Of a stretch of DNA of 64,000 bases, positions 1 through 9,909 are shown piece by piece. Below the pieces are notes generated by a model. It worked only from the letters and a program-made list of their open reading frames with translations. It was not told where the DNA came from and did no database searches. The first letter of the stretch is position 1. Each line of letters opens with the position of its first letter. The stretch comes from Candidatus Babeliales bacterium (GTDB lineage Bacteria > Babelota > Babeliae > Babelales > JANWKD01). The position numbers and the translations under genes are program-made. Location of the stretch: positions 384,001-448,000 of the forward strand of contig CAVRJO010000002.1 of assembly GCA_963722255.1 (NCBI GenBank), read 5' to 3'.

Positions 1-63
1 TGGGAGATGAGAATTAATAATATACCTGTAGATCCAATGCAATGGATAAAGCATAATTTTTAA
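1..63 (+). CDS. 3' end of an M23-family metallopeptidase (truncated by window edge)
   Basis: Frame 1 reads WEMRINNIPVDPMQWIKHNF*, matching the typical M23 C-terminus (HLH)xEvR.nG.pvDP. Confidence 0.7.
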   Translation, partial: WEMRINNIPVDPMQWIKHNF

Positions 64-84
64 AAAAAACTAAAAGGAGAATAA

Positions 85-696
85 ATGGCTGATTTTTTCT
101 TTAAAACGACAAGAATTCAGGCCCTCCTTATATCAGTTCCTAAATCACTACGCGCGATCTCTACATTATTTTTGTTGACAATCTTATTTTTGATTTGGTT
201 TATCTGCGTCTATAAACCTTTATTCAGATACAATCATCAACAACAAACTCATTATACGAATATTCAGTCAATGCATGCTATTGGCAATAAAACTGTTGAG
301 AAAACTAACAAAATAGAGAAACTTATTAAAAAAAAAGATACAATTTTAACTAAAAATAAAAAAAGTATAGTAGTAGATTCTTGTAACTCACCAGAAGAAA
401 TCACTAATAAAATAGTTGCTACTCTTTTTGATTATGCTCATAAATCTCAACTAACGGTTACCAGACATACTCCTTTGAATTCAACGGAAACTGATTGGTT
501 TTTATCATTTCATACTACCAATGAATTTCAAGGTTCTTTCAATTCGCTACTAAAATTTTTACAAAGTCTTTCAGACAATAGTCTAGGAATTCATATCAAT
601 AACATGAGCATAGGCAAACAAAATGACTCTTCATTAATCCTCACTTTACAATATACCATTAATCACCTTAAAGAGAGCTTCAATGAAAAAAAATAA
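85..696 (+). CDS. PilO/GspM-like type IV pilus/T2SS alignment protein
   Basis: N-terminal TM, coiled coil, then ferredoxin-like C-domain with FQGSFNSLLKFLQSL (PilO-type G.y..l..Fl..l); AGGAG RBS. Confidence 0.65.
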   Translation: MADFFFKTTRIQALLISVPKSLRAISTLFLLTILFLIWFICVYKPLFRYNHQQQTHYTNIQSMHAIGNKTVEKTNKIEKLIKKKDTILTKNKKSIVVDSCNSPEEITNKIVATLFDYAHKSQLTVTRHTPLNSTETDWFLSFHTTNEFQGSFNSLLKFLQSLSDNSLGIHINNMSIGKQNDSSLILTLQYTINHLKESFNEKK

Positions 697-937
697 TATC
701 GGATTCTTTATTCATCTCATACTGTTTGTTTTTACATTACAATGTGAGCAATATTCAGGAAGAAACCCCTTTGAATTTAAACAAGAACAAGGCGTAATTA
801 ATGATGAGATTCCTCATCTTAAATCAGAAACATTAAGTAAATGGAATATAAAAGAAAATGGCGACGAGCTCATTGTGATTGAAAATATCGATGATGGACA
901 AATTAGGACTATAGAAATCGCACCATTCGATCATTAA
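683..937 (+). CDS. small exported protein, possibly truncated PilP-like
   Basis: Overlaps the PilO-like gene; signal peptide with Cys; GRNPF resembles the PilP RDPF motif. Confidence 0.4.
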   Translation: MKKNNIGFFIHLILFVFTLQCEQYSGRNPFEFKQEQGVINDEIPHLKSETLSKWNIKENGDELIVIENIDDGQIRTIEIAPFDH

Positions 938-970
938 AAAAATTCCCTCCAACTTACGTAAGCTGAAGGG
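936..970 (-). terminator. intrinsic terminator, minus-strand polarity
   Basis: Minus strand CCCUUCAGCUU-ACGU-AAGUUGGAGGG pairs fully (2 G-U) and is followed by AAUUUUUUU; the plus-strand fold has A-C mismatches. Confidence 0.7.
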
Positions 971-1031
971 TTAGGGGGTGAATAATACCGAAGTACTATT
1001 CATTTTAGGGACATTATATTTCTTTTAAATT
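936..1031 (-). ncRNA. candidate ~95-nt small RNA
   Basis: Own promoter, internal 10-bp stem closed by C(UUCG)G (979-1002), terminator; no ORF longer than 10 codons. Confidence 0.5.
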
Positions 1032-1037
1032 ATCGAA

Positions 1038-1066
1038 ATCCTAACAATGCATTTATGCATTGTCAA
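1038..1066 (-). promoter_or_regulatory. sigma70-type promoter with palindromic operator-like site
   Basis: TTGACA-17 nt-TAGGAT on minus strand; perfect inverted repeat ACAATGCAT-TT-ATGCATTGT at 1044-1063. Confidence 0.6.
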
Positions 1067-1140
1067 GAAATTTTAGATATATGTCCTTTCTGAACAAAAT
1101 ACAAATTTTCAAACTTATTATTTTGGGTTAGTTTAATTTC

Positions 1141-1149
1141 TGGTATACT
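1141..1149 (+). promoter_or_regulatory. extended -10 element upstream of gatB
   Basis: TGgTATACT 38 nt before the ATG. Confidence 0.35.
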
Positions 1150-1186
1150 AAAGAATATTTTTTTTGGTTTAAATGTAAGGATTCTC

Positions 1187-2644
1187 ATGGCAGAGCAAAC
1201 ATCAATTCTAGATCGTTACCCAGAATATGAATGTACTATTGGTATAGAAGTGCATGTTCAACTTAAAACAAAAAGCAAAATATTTTGCCGTTGTTCTAAT
1301 GAGCCATGCCAAGAACCTAATACCAATATATGCCAAATCTGCTGTGGGCACCCGGGCGTTTTACCAGTTTTAAATAAACAAGTGGTTCAAAGCGCAATTT
1401 TGGCAGGTCTAGGAACAAATTGTACCATTTCCCCTGTTTCTGAGTTTGCTCGTAAACATTACTTTTATCCGGATTTACCAAAAAATTATCAAATTACTCA
1501 AAGTGATGAGCCGATCTGCAAAGAGGGTCATATTACTATTCGACTATCCGATGGAACCAAAAAAAATATTCGCCTCATTAGAATTCACATGGAAGAAGAT
1601 GCAGGAAAAAACATACATGCCGATAAAACTAATGAAAGTTTTGTTGATCTAAATCGAACTGGAACACCATTACTTGAAATCGTAAGCTATCCCGATATTT
1701 CAACTATTGAGGAAGCAAAGGCATACCTCAAAACATTACGACTTATTGTTGTTTATCTTGGCATTACCACGGGAAACATGCAAGAAGGATCATTTAGAGC
1801 TGATACCAATGTTTCTGTACGCAAAAAAGGAGATCCAAAACTCGGAACACGCGCAGAACTAAAAAACATCAACTCTTTTAAATTTATTGGCGACGCTATC
1901 GAATATGAAATTGAACGGCAAATTGAACTTTTGGAATCAGGGCAAAAGGTTAAACAAGAGACACGTTTATGGGATACTAAACATCATGTTACCCGCTCTA
2001 TGCGCTCTAAGGAAGAAGCGGCCGATTATCGCTATTTTAATGATCCTGATTTACCTTTAGTTGTCATCACACAAGAAGAGATTGAAGAAGTAAAAAAGAC
2101 GATGCCTGAGTTACCTGAACAACGTTTTGAACGCTATTGCACTCAAAAAGGCATTTCACCGTATGAAGCTGAAATTCTTATTGAAGATCAAGAATTATCT
2201 GACTATTTTGAAAAGGCATCCGCACATTCTTCAAGCAAAACTATAATCAACTGGATTTTGCGCGACCTCATGGGCTATTTAAAAAATGAAAAAATAACAC
2301 TTGCTGAATGCAAAGTTACCCCAGAAAAGCTTGCGCAATTGGTTGATTTGCTTGAAAAGGGAGTCATTAACAATAAAGCAGCACAAGAAGTTTTTATACT
2401 TGTTGCAAAAACAGGAAAAAGTCCTGCGGAACTCGTAAAAGAACATGGCTTTGAACAGATTCAATCAACAGGTGAAATTGAAGCGATCATTAAACAAATT
2501 ATTGACCAAAACCCTGCTCAAGTTGCTGAATATAAATCGGGAAAAGAAAAAATGTTTGGTTTCTTTGTTGGATTAGCCATGCAAAAAACACAAGGCAAAG
2601 GAAATCCAAAGATTATTCAAGAGTTGCTGAAAAAATTGTTATAA
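1187..2644 (+). CDS. gatB: Asp-tRNA(Asn)/Glu-tRNA(Gln) amidotransferase subunit B
   Basis: IGIEVHVQL, RKHYFYPDLPKNYQITQ, HMEEDAGK, DLNRTGTPLLEIV, DYRYFNDPDL motifs. Confidence 0.98.
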   Translation: MAEQTSILDRYPEYECTIGIEVHVQLKTKSKIFCRCSNEPCQEPNTNICQICCGHPGVLPVLNKQVVQSAILAGLGTNCTISPVSEFARKHYFYPDLPKNYQITQSDEPICKEGHITIRLSDGTKKNIRLIRIHMEEDAGKNIHADKTNESFVDLNRTGTPLLEIVSYPDISTIEEAKAYLKTLRLIVVYLGITTGNMQEGSFRADTNVSVRKKGDPKLGTRAELKNINSFKFIGDAIEYEIERQIELLESGQKVKQETRLWDTKHHVTRSMRSKEEAADYRYFNDPDLPLVVITQEEIEEVKKTMPELPEQRFERYCTQKGISPYEAEILIEDQELSDYFEKASAHSSSKTIINWILRDLMGYLKNEKITLAECKVTPEKLAQLVDLLEKGVINNKAAQEVFILVAKTGKSPAELVKEHGFEQIQSTGEIEAIIKQIIDQNPAQVAEYKSGKEKMFGFFVGLAMQKTQGKGNPKIIQELLKKLL

Positions 2645-2671
2645 AGGCTATCTATTTACACCATAAGGTAT

Positions 2672-4171
2672 ATGCATTTGAAAAGAAGAGTTTTACTAGT
2701 TATTTTATTCATTGTGAATATAGGCATAAATACACCAAGCTCTCATGCTATGGAAGAGATCGAAAAAGAACCTCAAGAACTTTTGCCTCGTTTGCCACCG
2801 GAAATAACTTTGCCTATATTAAATTTTGCAACAAATGAAAAAGGAAAAGATGCACAACACCCTATATTTAAACTTGGAAATAACTATTATTTTTTCAAAC
2901 CTATTGCTAGGGAAACATGCTACTTAAGAATGAAAAACCCTCATGCACACGAGAGTTATTCAGTAAGTAGAAACATGAATAGATTACATATTTTGCTTGG
3001 TACCGGAATGAATCTGTTTTCTCAGCAATGTTGGCTTGGCAAAAATGTATATCATGGTAATAACTTTTATAGAATTGATGATGATATTACCATGCAGCGA
3101 TATCTTAGAAATGAAAAAAAAGAGATAGAAAGTCATCACTTCGATGGAATCAATGACAATAATCTATTTTTAATTATGGCTCATGGTAAAAAATTTAGCA
3201 GATTTTATATAGGAAAAATCGATCAAAGGCATAATCAATATTATGACAATAACAGCCGTAACTATCGCACACACGTTCCTCTCAATGATGATAATCAGCC
3301 ATTTGATTATGTATCAAATAATTATAGGGGACAAATTTCAGCATTCGCATTGTGTAAAACTATTAATAGATGTGCAATTGTAGATGAACATAAGAAAGTT
3401 GAGGTTTATACTATTGTAAGCAATGATAATGATGATGAGTCCATGCAAGTATCTCTTTCATCATCGAGAAACACCCCTGCTCACCTAAAACAAATTTCAT
3501 TTATTACACCAAATACACTTCTTGCATTATCTAACAAAGGGAAACTATTCATCGTTGCTGCTGATGCAGGTCAACCCATACAATTTTATAAACAACGCAT
3601 CAAAACTCATGGCAGTAAAAAATTAAACTTTATCAATATTGCCATTGATGCATGCCACCCCTATCAAATACTAATGCATACCCGTGATAATCATCTTATA
3701 TTCTGGGACATTAAACACAAAATTTTAATACCTCTGATACAACCAAAAGAGCAAATTCAAGATATATGGTTTTATGACGATGCATTTGGTTGTTTAGACT
3801 TACCTAGAAAAGATGTTGGTGATGAAACAATTACCGGTTGGTCAACAAATTTTACAAAGTATAGATTAAAACTTTTTTCACCTGAAAATATAGCTTCTAA
3901 CTTATTAGAAGAGTATAGTTCTCAAACAACAGTCACTCCATTCGAAAAAAAATCAAAAAAATCCTTTATTAAAAAGCATTTTAATGAAAAATTACTTAAA
4001 CCATTGGGAATTTCTGCAAGTTTAGTTGCTGGGTCTTTAGCCGCTTATTACGCACTAAAAAAATTAGAATTAAGCGACTCATTCTTTAACTACCCATTGA
4101 TTATTGGAAGTGGAATTGTAACTGCTTTAGGTGGCAATTATCTAATAAATAGATTGCTTAGCAAAAACTAA
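2672..4171 (+). CDS. exported orphan with F-box-like motif, beta-propeller-like core and C-terminal TM hairpin
   Basis: Signal peptide ending SHA|ME; LPRLPPEITLPILNF; WD-like strands (LIFWDIK); two C-terminal hydrophobic segments. Confidence 0.55.
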   Translation: MHLKRRVLLVILFIVNIGINTPSSHAMEEIEKEPQELLPRLPPEITLPILNFATNEKGKDAQHPIFKLGNNYYFFKPIARETCYLRMKNPHAHESYSVSRNMNRLHILLGTGMNLFSQQCWLGKNVYHGNNFYRIDDDITMQRYLRNEKKEIESHHFDGINDNNLFLIMAHGKKFSRFYIGKIDQRHNQYYDNNSRNYRTHVPLNDDNQPFDYVSNNYRGQISAFALCKTINRCAIVDEHKKVEVYTIVSNDNDDESMQVSLSSSRNTPAHLKQISFITPNTLLALSNKGKLFIVAADAGQPIQFYKQRIKTHGSKKLNFINIAIDACHPYQILMHTRDNHLIFWDIKHKILIPLIQPKEQIQDIWFYDDAFGCLDLPRKDVGDETITGWSTNFTKYRLKLFSPENIASNLLEEYSSQTTVTPFEKKSKKSFIKKHFNEKLLKPLGISASLVAGSLAAYYALKKLELSDSFFNYPLIIGSGIVTALGGNYLINRLLSKN

Positions 4172-4695
4172 TTCCAAATAAAAACATCATTAAAATTGTC
4201 ATTAGCCTCATCATTATCATCTAAGGATAATGATACTACAAGTTCATTAATCTGTTTTTTATTAACTCTTTTTTCTAAAATAGCACCTTTTCCATTTGGA
4301 AGCATAATAATATTGCTTCCAAGCTTCCTAATAAGTTCAATGATCTCTTCATTTCTATTACGTAAAGCATAGAGCAACGTTCGACTTCCATGAGTAGGTC
4401 CTGCTACAATTCTTTTTCCATGATTTTCTAAAAGAGATCTAACCATAGAAGCATCATCTAATGCGATAGCCAGATGTAAAAAATAGGTGTCATATGAAGG
4501 AAATTTAATAATACCGCGTGGTGGATACAAAAAAACACTTTTACCACGACCGGTATTTAAATAACACTCCAGCTCTTCATAATAAGCTCTTTTTTCTTCT
4601 TCAGAACAATTTTTCTTTACTTGAAAACGCATTTCCATAGCCGCTGCACCATAGAATGAAAACAATACAATACAAAATAAATTTTTTAAAATCAT
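4168..4695 (-). CDS. exported ankyrin-repeat protein
   Basis: Signal peptide AAA|ME; LHLAIALDDASMVRSLLENHG and TLLYALRNRNEEIIELIRKLG are ankyrin-like; ATG at 4695 preferred. Confidence 0.65.
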   Translation of the reverse strand: MILKNLFCIVLFSFYGAAAMEMRFQVKKNCSEEEKRAYYEELECYLNTGRGKSVFLYPPRGIIKFPSYDTYFLHLAIALDDASMVRSLLENHGKRIVAGPTHGSRTLLYALRNRNEEIIELIRKLGSNIIMLPNGKGAILEKRVNKKQINELVVSLSLDDNDEANDNFNDVFIWN

Positions 4696-4767
4696 ACAAT
4701 CTTTCAACTCAAATAAAAATACAAATAAGTTATTTTTGTAAACAATAGCTTATTTGTACAACAAAAG

Positions 4768-4797
4768 CAATGGGCCTGAAATATTTCAGGCCCATTG
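4768..4797. terminator. GC-rich hairpin after the S9 peptidase gene
   Basis: Perfect 30-bp palindrome CAATGGGCCTGAAAT|ATTTCAGGCCCATTG, then CTTTT on the minus strand. Confidence 0.7.
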
Positions 4798-4830
4798 TAT
4801 ACTATCTAGAATAGATTTTGCAATTAATTT

Positions 4831-6741
4831 TTATGCTTCGTAGCTTCCACCCAAATGTTTAGCTAAAAACTTTTCAACAGCTTGATAATATTTTAATCTA
4901 TTTTCTTGCCGTACAAAGCCGTGCCCTTCATCAGGGAAAAGCAGATATTCATATTCAAGCCCTTTTGCTTTCATCGCTTCTACAATCTGCTCTGATTCTG
5001 CCTGCTTAACACGTGGATCATTTGCTCCTTGTGCAATTAAAATTGGAATTTTTATTGCATCAACTTTATTAACCGGTGAAATCGATTTTAAAAACTCTTC
5101 ATCCGTTTCAGGATTTCCAACACGATTATAAAATACCTCTACCATTGCTGACCAATAAGGTGGAATTGATTTAATAAGAGTAATAACATTGCTTGGCCCT
5201 ACAAGATCAACTGCACAACGATAAAGATCTGGCGTAAAGGTTGCACCAGCGAGTGCTGCATAACCACCATAAGAACCACCGTAAATTGCAATACGTTTGG
5301 GATCAGCAATACCTTGTTTAATAGCCCAATCAACGCCATCGGTAAGATCATCCTGCATTGCCTTAGACCATTGCTTATTGCCAGCATTCACAAATGACTT
5401 ACCATAACCTGTTGAACCACGATAGTTAATCTGCAAAACAGCGTATCCCCGATTGGCCATCCACTGCACCTCAGGGCTAAATCCCCATGCATCACGAGAC
5501 CAAGGTCCTCCATGTACATTTACTATCAGAGGAAGATTCTCTTTTTTGTCGCCGCAAGGGTAAGTCAAGTAGCCATGAATCAATAAGCCGTCCCGAGCAT
5601 GAAATTCAATGGGTTCCATATGAACCAAAGCATATTTTTTAAAAATTGGCTGATGATCAAATAAAAACTTTTTTTCTTGCGTTCTTATATTATAAAGCCA
5701 ATATGCTATTGGACCATTATCTTTAATATATGCAACAGTCCACAACGAATTATCTAACGTACGACTTCCAACAATGATATCGCCTTGATCAATCAATGCA
5801 AGCTGTGAAAATATGTCCTCAGTCGCTGCATCAAAAAATATCCAATTTTGACGATCCTTTTCATAACTTAATGCTAATGGTTCTAACGAATCTTGATCAA
5901 CGAACAAACTGCCAGATATGTCATATTCAGGATCCGTCGCAAGTTGAATGATTTCTCCCGATCTTAGATCGATTTTGATAAATCTACTGGTATTGGATGA
6001 ACGAGAATCGGAAAGAAAGATATAATTCCCATCTTTTGAAAAATATATATTATTAGGAGCTTCATCTTGAGGAGTCCATGTTCCGATTTCTCTCCACTCA
6101 TCTTTAACTGTTTTGCGAACAAAAAGCTTATAACCACCATTCTCAAGCGATTCGACTTTGCCTAAAATATCTAAATTATTATCTGCAATCCATTCAACAA
6201 CTCTTCCGGGATTTTCTTCTAATAACTTTAATTCTCCCGTTGCAGTATTGAGCTCGTACACATCATGAGATTTAGGATCACGTTTATTGATCCCTAAAAG
6301 CATTCTCTCAGGAAATTCTTTAATGTATTCTACTAATCGCACCTGAACATTATCAAATGGGGTATATTCTTGGACTGAACCATCGGAAATAAGTACACTA
6401 TACAACCGCCAATTTTCATTTCCTTCTTGATCTTGCATATAGAAAATACGAGAATCATCATAAGACCACCAATAGCCAGTATTAATACCACGCTTGGTAT
6501 CATGAGTGATTGACCTATCATCTTCTTTATCAATACTGCGTAGCCAAATATTCATAACCGTGCCGACAGGCGCACAATAGGCAAGCTTATCGCCTTTTTT
6601 TGAAATTCTTAATTGCACCTTTTTTGCATGATTACCAAATAAAACTTCACGTGGGATTAATGAGCACCCTTTAGCCTTTACCTTAGAAACAATATAAATT
6701 CCTAAACATGCTGCCAACAAAACAATAATCAATTTTTTCAT
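4831..6741 (-). CDS. S9 family serine peptidase (acylaminoacyl/dipeptidyl peptidase)
   Basis: VHGGPW, NYRGSTGYG, GGSYGG nucleophile elbow, GANDPRV, DEGHG triad; signal/anchor. Confidence 0.95.
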   Translation of the reverse strand: MKKLIIVLLAACLGIYIVSKVKAKGCSLIPREVLFGNHAKKVQLRISKKGDKLAYCAPVGTVMNIWLRSIDKEDDRSITHDTKRGINTGYWWSYDDSRIFYMQDQEGNENWRLYSVLISDGSVQEYTPFDNVQVRLVEYIKEFPERMLLGINKRDPKSHDVYELNTATGELKLLEENPGRVVEWIADNNLDILGKVESLENGGYKLFVRKTVKDEWREIGTWTPQDEAPNNIYFSKDGNYIFLSDSRSSNTSRFIKIDLRSGEIIQLATDPEYDISGSLFVDQDSLEPLALSYEKDRQNWIFFDAATEDIFSQLALIDQGDIIVGSRTLDNSLWTVAYIKDNGPIAYWLYNIRTQEKKFLFDHQPIFKKYALVHMEPIEFHARDGLLIHGYLTYPCGDKKENLPLIVNVHGGPWSRDAWGFSPEVQWMANRGYAVLQINYRGSTGYGKSFVNAGNKQWSKAMQDDLTDGVDWAIKQGIADPKRIAIYGGSYGGYAALAGATFTPDLYRCAVDLVGPSNVITLIKSIPPYWSAMVEVFYNRVGNPETDEEFLKSISPVNKVDAIKIPILIAQGANDPRVKQAESEQIVEAMKAKGLEYEYLLFPDEGHGFVRQENRLKYYQAVEKFLAKHLGGSYEA

Positions 6742-6821
6742 AATATATCCTCTTTCATTAACTATATTTTTTTATAATCTACAGAAAATAACCACTCAAA
6801 TACAATAATACATACATCAAA

Positions 6822-7532
6822 TTATTCTATACTGAAAGTTTTAAGTTGAGCAACTTCTTTAGGGGTCAAAAATCTCCAACGACCAATTGATAAATCTTTC
6901 TTTGAAAGATCTGCATAACCTGTTCGATCGAGCTTTACAACAGTATAACCAAAATGCTCGAATAATCTTCGTATAATGCGATTTTTGCCACTATGTAATA
7001 GAACTTTTAAACGGGTTCGAGTTTGATTAAGACTTTGCACACTATCAACATATGCTTCTCCGTCACTAAGAGTAACGCCATTTTTTAAAGCCTCTGTATC
7101 TCTGAAATCAAAAGATCTATTTAAGGTAACAATATAGGTTTTTGTAATCTCATAGCGTGGATGTGATAATCGTTGAGCGAGAGTACCATCATTTGTTAAA
7201 AGCAAAAGTCCAGTTGTATCTCGATCAAGTCTTCCTACCGGCTTAAGATTTTGTGTAATTTTAGAATCCACAAGAAGATCAACTACTGTAGGACGGTTTT
7301 TTTCATCGCTTGTGGTAGTTATATACCCTTTTGGTTTATTTAACAAAACATAAACATTCTGTTCAAGAACAACTAATTTTTTATTGACACGAACTGCATC
7401 AGTTGATTTAACTAAATATCCAGGCTCTGTAATAACCCAATTATTTATAGAAACAACTCCTTGTTTAATGAGTTCTGCCGATTTTCTACGGGAGCTTATT
7501 CCTGCATACGCTAGATATTTATTTAATTGCAT
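6822..7532 (-). CDS. rluB: rRNA pseudouridine synthase, RsuA/RluB family
   Basis: S4 domain (LNKYLA..G..SRRK), NKPKG, VGRLDRDTTGLLLLTNDG; ATG at 7532. Confidence 0.88.
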   Translation of the reverse strand: MQLNKYLAYAGISSRRKSAELIKQGVVSINNWVITEPGYLVKSTDAVRVNKKLVVLEQNVYVLLNKPKGYITTTSDEKNRPTVVDLLVDSKITQNLKPVGRLDRDTTGLLLLTNDGTLAQRLSHPRYEITKTYIVTLNRSFDFRDTEALKNGVTLSDGEAYVDSVQSLNQTRTRLKVLLHSGKNRIIRRLFEHFGYTVVKLDRTGYADLSKKDLSIGRWRFLTPKEVAQLKTFSIE

Positions 7533-7551
7533 AGTGAGATCTTTATAGTTA

Positions 7552-7598
7552 ATCAATAGGTTACAAATAATTTAATATAATCATTGTAACCTATTGAT
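7552..7598. repeat. 15-bp perfect inverted repeat (hairpin or operator)
   Basis: ATCAATAGGTTACAA-17 nt-TTGTAACCTATTGAT between the 7621 ORF and rluB. Confidence 0.6.
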
Positions 7599-7620
7599 AA
7601 TTTTAAAGCCAAAAAAAATC

Positions 7621-8448
7621 TTAGCTTAACGCTTTTTTCATAAGTTGACCAATAATGAAGCGAGCACGATCAGAATCGTCTGCATTTGACTGATTCATAA
7701 GTCTTTGAACATAAAGATTTTGACCTTTTCTATACTCGTCGCCAAGAAGCATTGTTCTTATATCGGCGCGAACAACTTTTAAGCGTTCATATTCGGCCAT
7801 AATTTGAGAAAGTTCTTCAAACTCAGGCGTAAAGTTCAATTCACATACCACGGCAGGACCAAAAGGTTGTTCAAAAGAAACCTTTTGAGACTCTTGCATA
7901 CTTTTCAATTGACGTAATTTAGCCAATTCAAAATCAGTTGAATGATCACCATAAAGCGCCATAGCAACTGCAAGCGCTACGACATATTTTTTGACTTCCA
8001 ACGGCATAGGAGCTGGAATGCAATCTTGATTAATAAAAAGAACTGTATCTGTTGATCCTGCAGGGGCACGTTTTGCAAAAGGAACTATTTGCAACGAATC
8101 ATTTTCACAGCCAAAATCCTTAAGAACTGCAGCTACAAGATTTTTATGGCTTTGAGAAAGCTCAACTTCAATGCGATCGTTTTGCACCATTTCTTGTACA
8201 AGAGCATCATACTCAGCCTTGTGTGCCCTTTTAAGCTCTTGGCATTGATTTTGATCAATTCCATAAACTTTATGCAATTTTTCCCAGAGCTTTACCTCTT
8301 CTTGCTTCAACCATTGTTCAAAATCACCCTTTGTTTGGGCTTTTTCGATATTTATTGGCTCAATTCCTGGATTTTCCATTGAATTCAATGAAGAAATCAC
8401 TAAAAGGCCAATAAAGAGCGAAAATATAGTTCTTATAGATATATTCAT
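7621..8448 (-). CDS. exported hypothetical protein
   Basis: ATG at 8448 with GAGG RBS gives signal peptide ending LNS|ME. Confidence 0.7.
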   Translation of the reverse strand: MNISIRTIFSLFIGLLVISSLNSMENPGIEPINIEKAQTKGDFEQWLKQEEVKLWEKLHKVYGIDQNQCQELKRAHKAEYDALVQEMVQNDRIEVELSQSHKNLVAAVLKDFGCENDSLQIVPFAKRAPAGSTDTVLFINQDCIPAPMPLEVKKYVVALAVAMALYGDHSTDFELAKLRQLKSMQESQKVSFEQPFGPAVVCELNFTPEFEELSQIMAEYERLKVVRADIRTMLLGDEYRKGQNLYVQRLMNQSNADDSDRARFIIGQLMKKALS

Positions 8449-8571
8449 AGAGAAACCCTCATTGTTATACGTATGCGTACCCTTCCTGGTATTCGCATAT
8501 ACATTACTGTTTGACATTATCATAGTATATATATTATACAATATTACAAAATTGTCAATTGCGCCTGGGTG

Positions 8572-9123
8572 TTATACGGTGGGAACAAAAAAATGCTTAC
8601 GATAGGTTCTCAAAACCTCTATAGATTCATAGACATCAGGTAAAGCTCTATGTTTATCCTGTTTTTTTATATCACTAAAGGGGCTTGAAGGATACCAACG
8701 TATAACCAGCTCTTTAATCGAGCTGACATCAACAATTTTATAATGGAAAAAAGCGTCTAATTTTGGCATATATCGTTGAATAAAGGATTTATCCTGCCAG
8801 ATGGAATTGCCACACAAAATGCCCTGACCTTTTATACAATAGTCTTTTAAAAAATCGCAAACTGCTAATTCTGCTTCTGAAAGAGATATAGTAGATTTTT
8901 GTACCGCTTCGGTTAATCCAGAAATAGTATGTTGCTTTTTACACCACTCGTTCATAGAGTCAAGAACTTCTTGTGGTTGGTGAATTACTATAGAAGGCCC
9001 TTCAGCAATAACAGCAAGATCTTTATCGGTGACGACAACTGCTATTTCAAGAATCACATCGAGCATAACATTTAAACCGGTCATTTCCAAATCAAGCCAA
9101 ATAAGATTATTTTTATCACGCAT
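8572..9123 (-). CDS. orn: oligoribonuclease
   Basis: LIWLDLEMTGL, CGNSIWQD, DVSSIKEL, HRALPD..ESI DEDDh motifs. Confidence 0.95.
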   Translation of the reverse strand: MRDKNNLIWLDLEMTGLNVMLDVILEIAVVVTDKDLAVIAEGPSIVIHQPQEVLDSMNEWCKKQHTISGLTEAVQKSTISLSEAELAVCDFLKDYCIKGQGILCGNSIWQDKSFIQRYMPKLDAFFHYKIVDVSSIKELVIRWYPSSPFSDIKKQDKHRALPDVYESIEVLRTYRKHFFVPTV

Positions 9124-9126
9124 TAC

Positions 9127-9741
9127 TTAGTTCTCTTCTTTAACTACGGCAAAGGGTCCAGCATTTTCTTTTGGGGATTTTGAATACGAAGAATTTGTTG
9201 CTTTACGACTTTCCATTGCTTTTCTCATTTCTGGGTTTTGAATAAAAAGATGCCCATAGATTTCATTTAAGAGATTCTTTTGAGGTTCTTCTTTATGATG
9301 TTGAAATTGCAGTGCAGCACGAGATGAAGGTCTTTTAATTTCAGTTTTTTTAGGCTTGTTATACCATTTTAAGAATTCGTTTTTTATATAATCATCTTCT
9401 CTCCTAGCTAATTTTTCATAAGACAGATTTTTCTCTTTGATAAATTTATTAATAAGAATTTCAGAATCTTCTTTTAAACCTTTTGCTTTAGCACATTCCT
9501 TGAGGGTTTCTAGAACATCAGACTTAGCGTCTCCAATTGATCCATTAATCTTCATTGGCTCTGAAATAGATCTGCGAATGTTTATTGCTGGACTAAAAGG
9601 TATTCTAGTGGAAAGCTCATGAGAGGACGTGATTCTTGAATCAGCTGATCCTTTTTTGGGTTTATACTCTTTAAAGGACGCATTAACGATGCAAGGCAAT
9701 AAGAAACAGACGTAAAAAAATTGATTTTTATTCATATACAC
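9127..9741 (-). CDS. exported basic hypothetical protein
   Basis: Signal peptide (IVNA|S), Lys/Ser-rich. Confidence 0.65.
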   Translation of the reverse strand: MYMNKNQFFYVCFLLPCIVNASFKEYKPKKGSADSRITSSHELSTRIPFSPAINIRRSISEPMKINGSIGDAKSDVLETLKECAKAKGLKEDSEILINKFIKEKNLSYEKLARREDDYIKNEFLKWYNKPKKTEIKRPSSRAALQFQHHKEEPQKNLLNEIYGHLFIQNPEMRKAMESRKATNSSYSKSPKENAGPFAVVKEEN

Positions 9742-9909
9742 TCAACAATTTTAAGCATTCTAAATTCAAATTTACTATAAACATTTTAATAAGAATTTAC
9801 AATTTTAATGTTATTTGCTGTAAAATATCATTTACCATAATTTGAACTTTTACACTGATTTTATTAAGCTTTACTCAAATTTTCCCACTCATAAAAAAAG
9901 GACCTTTGT

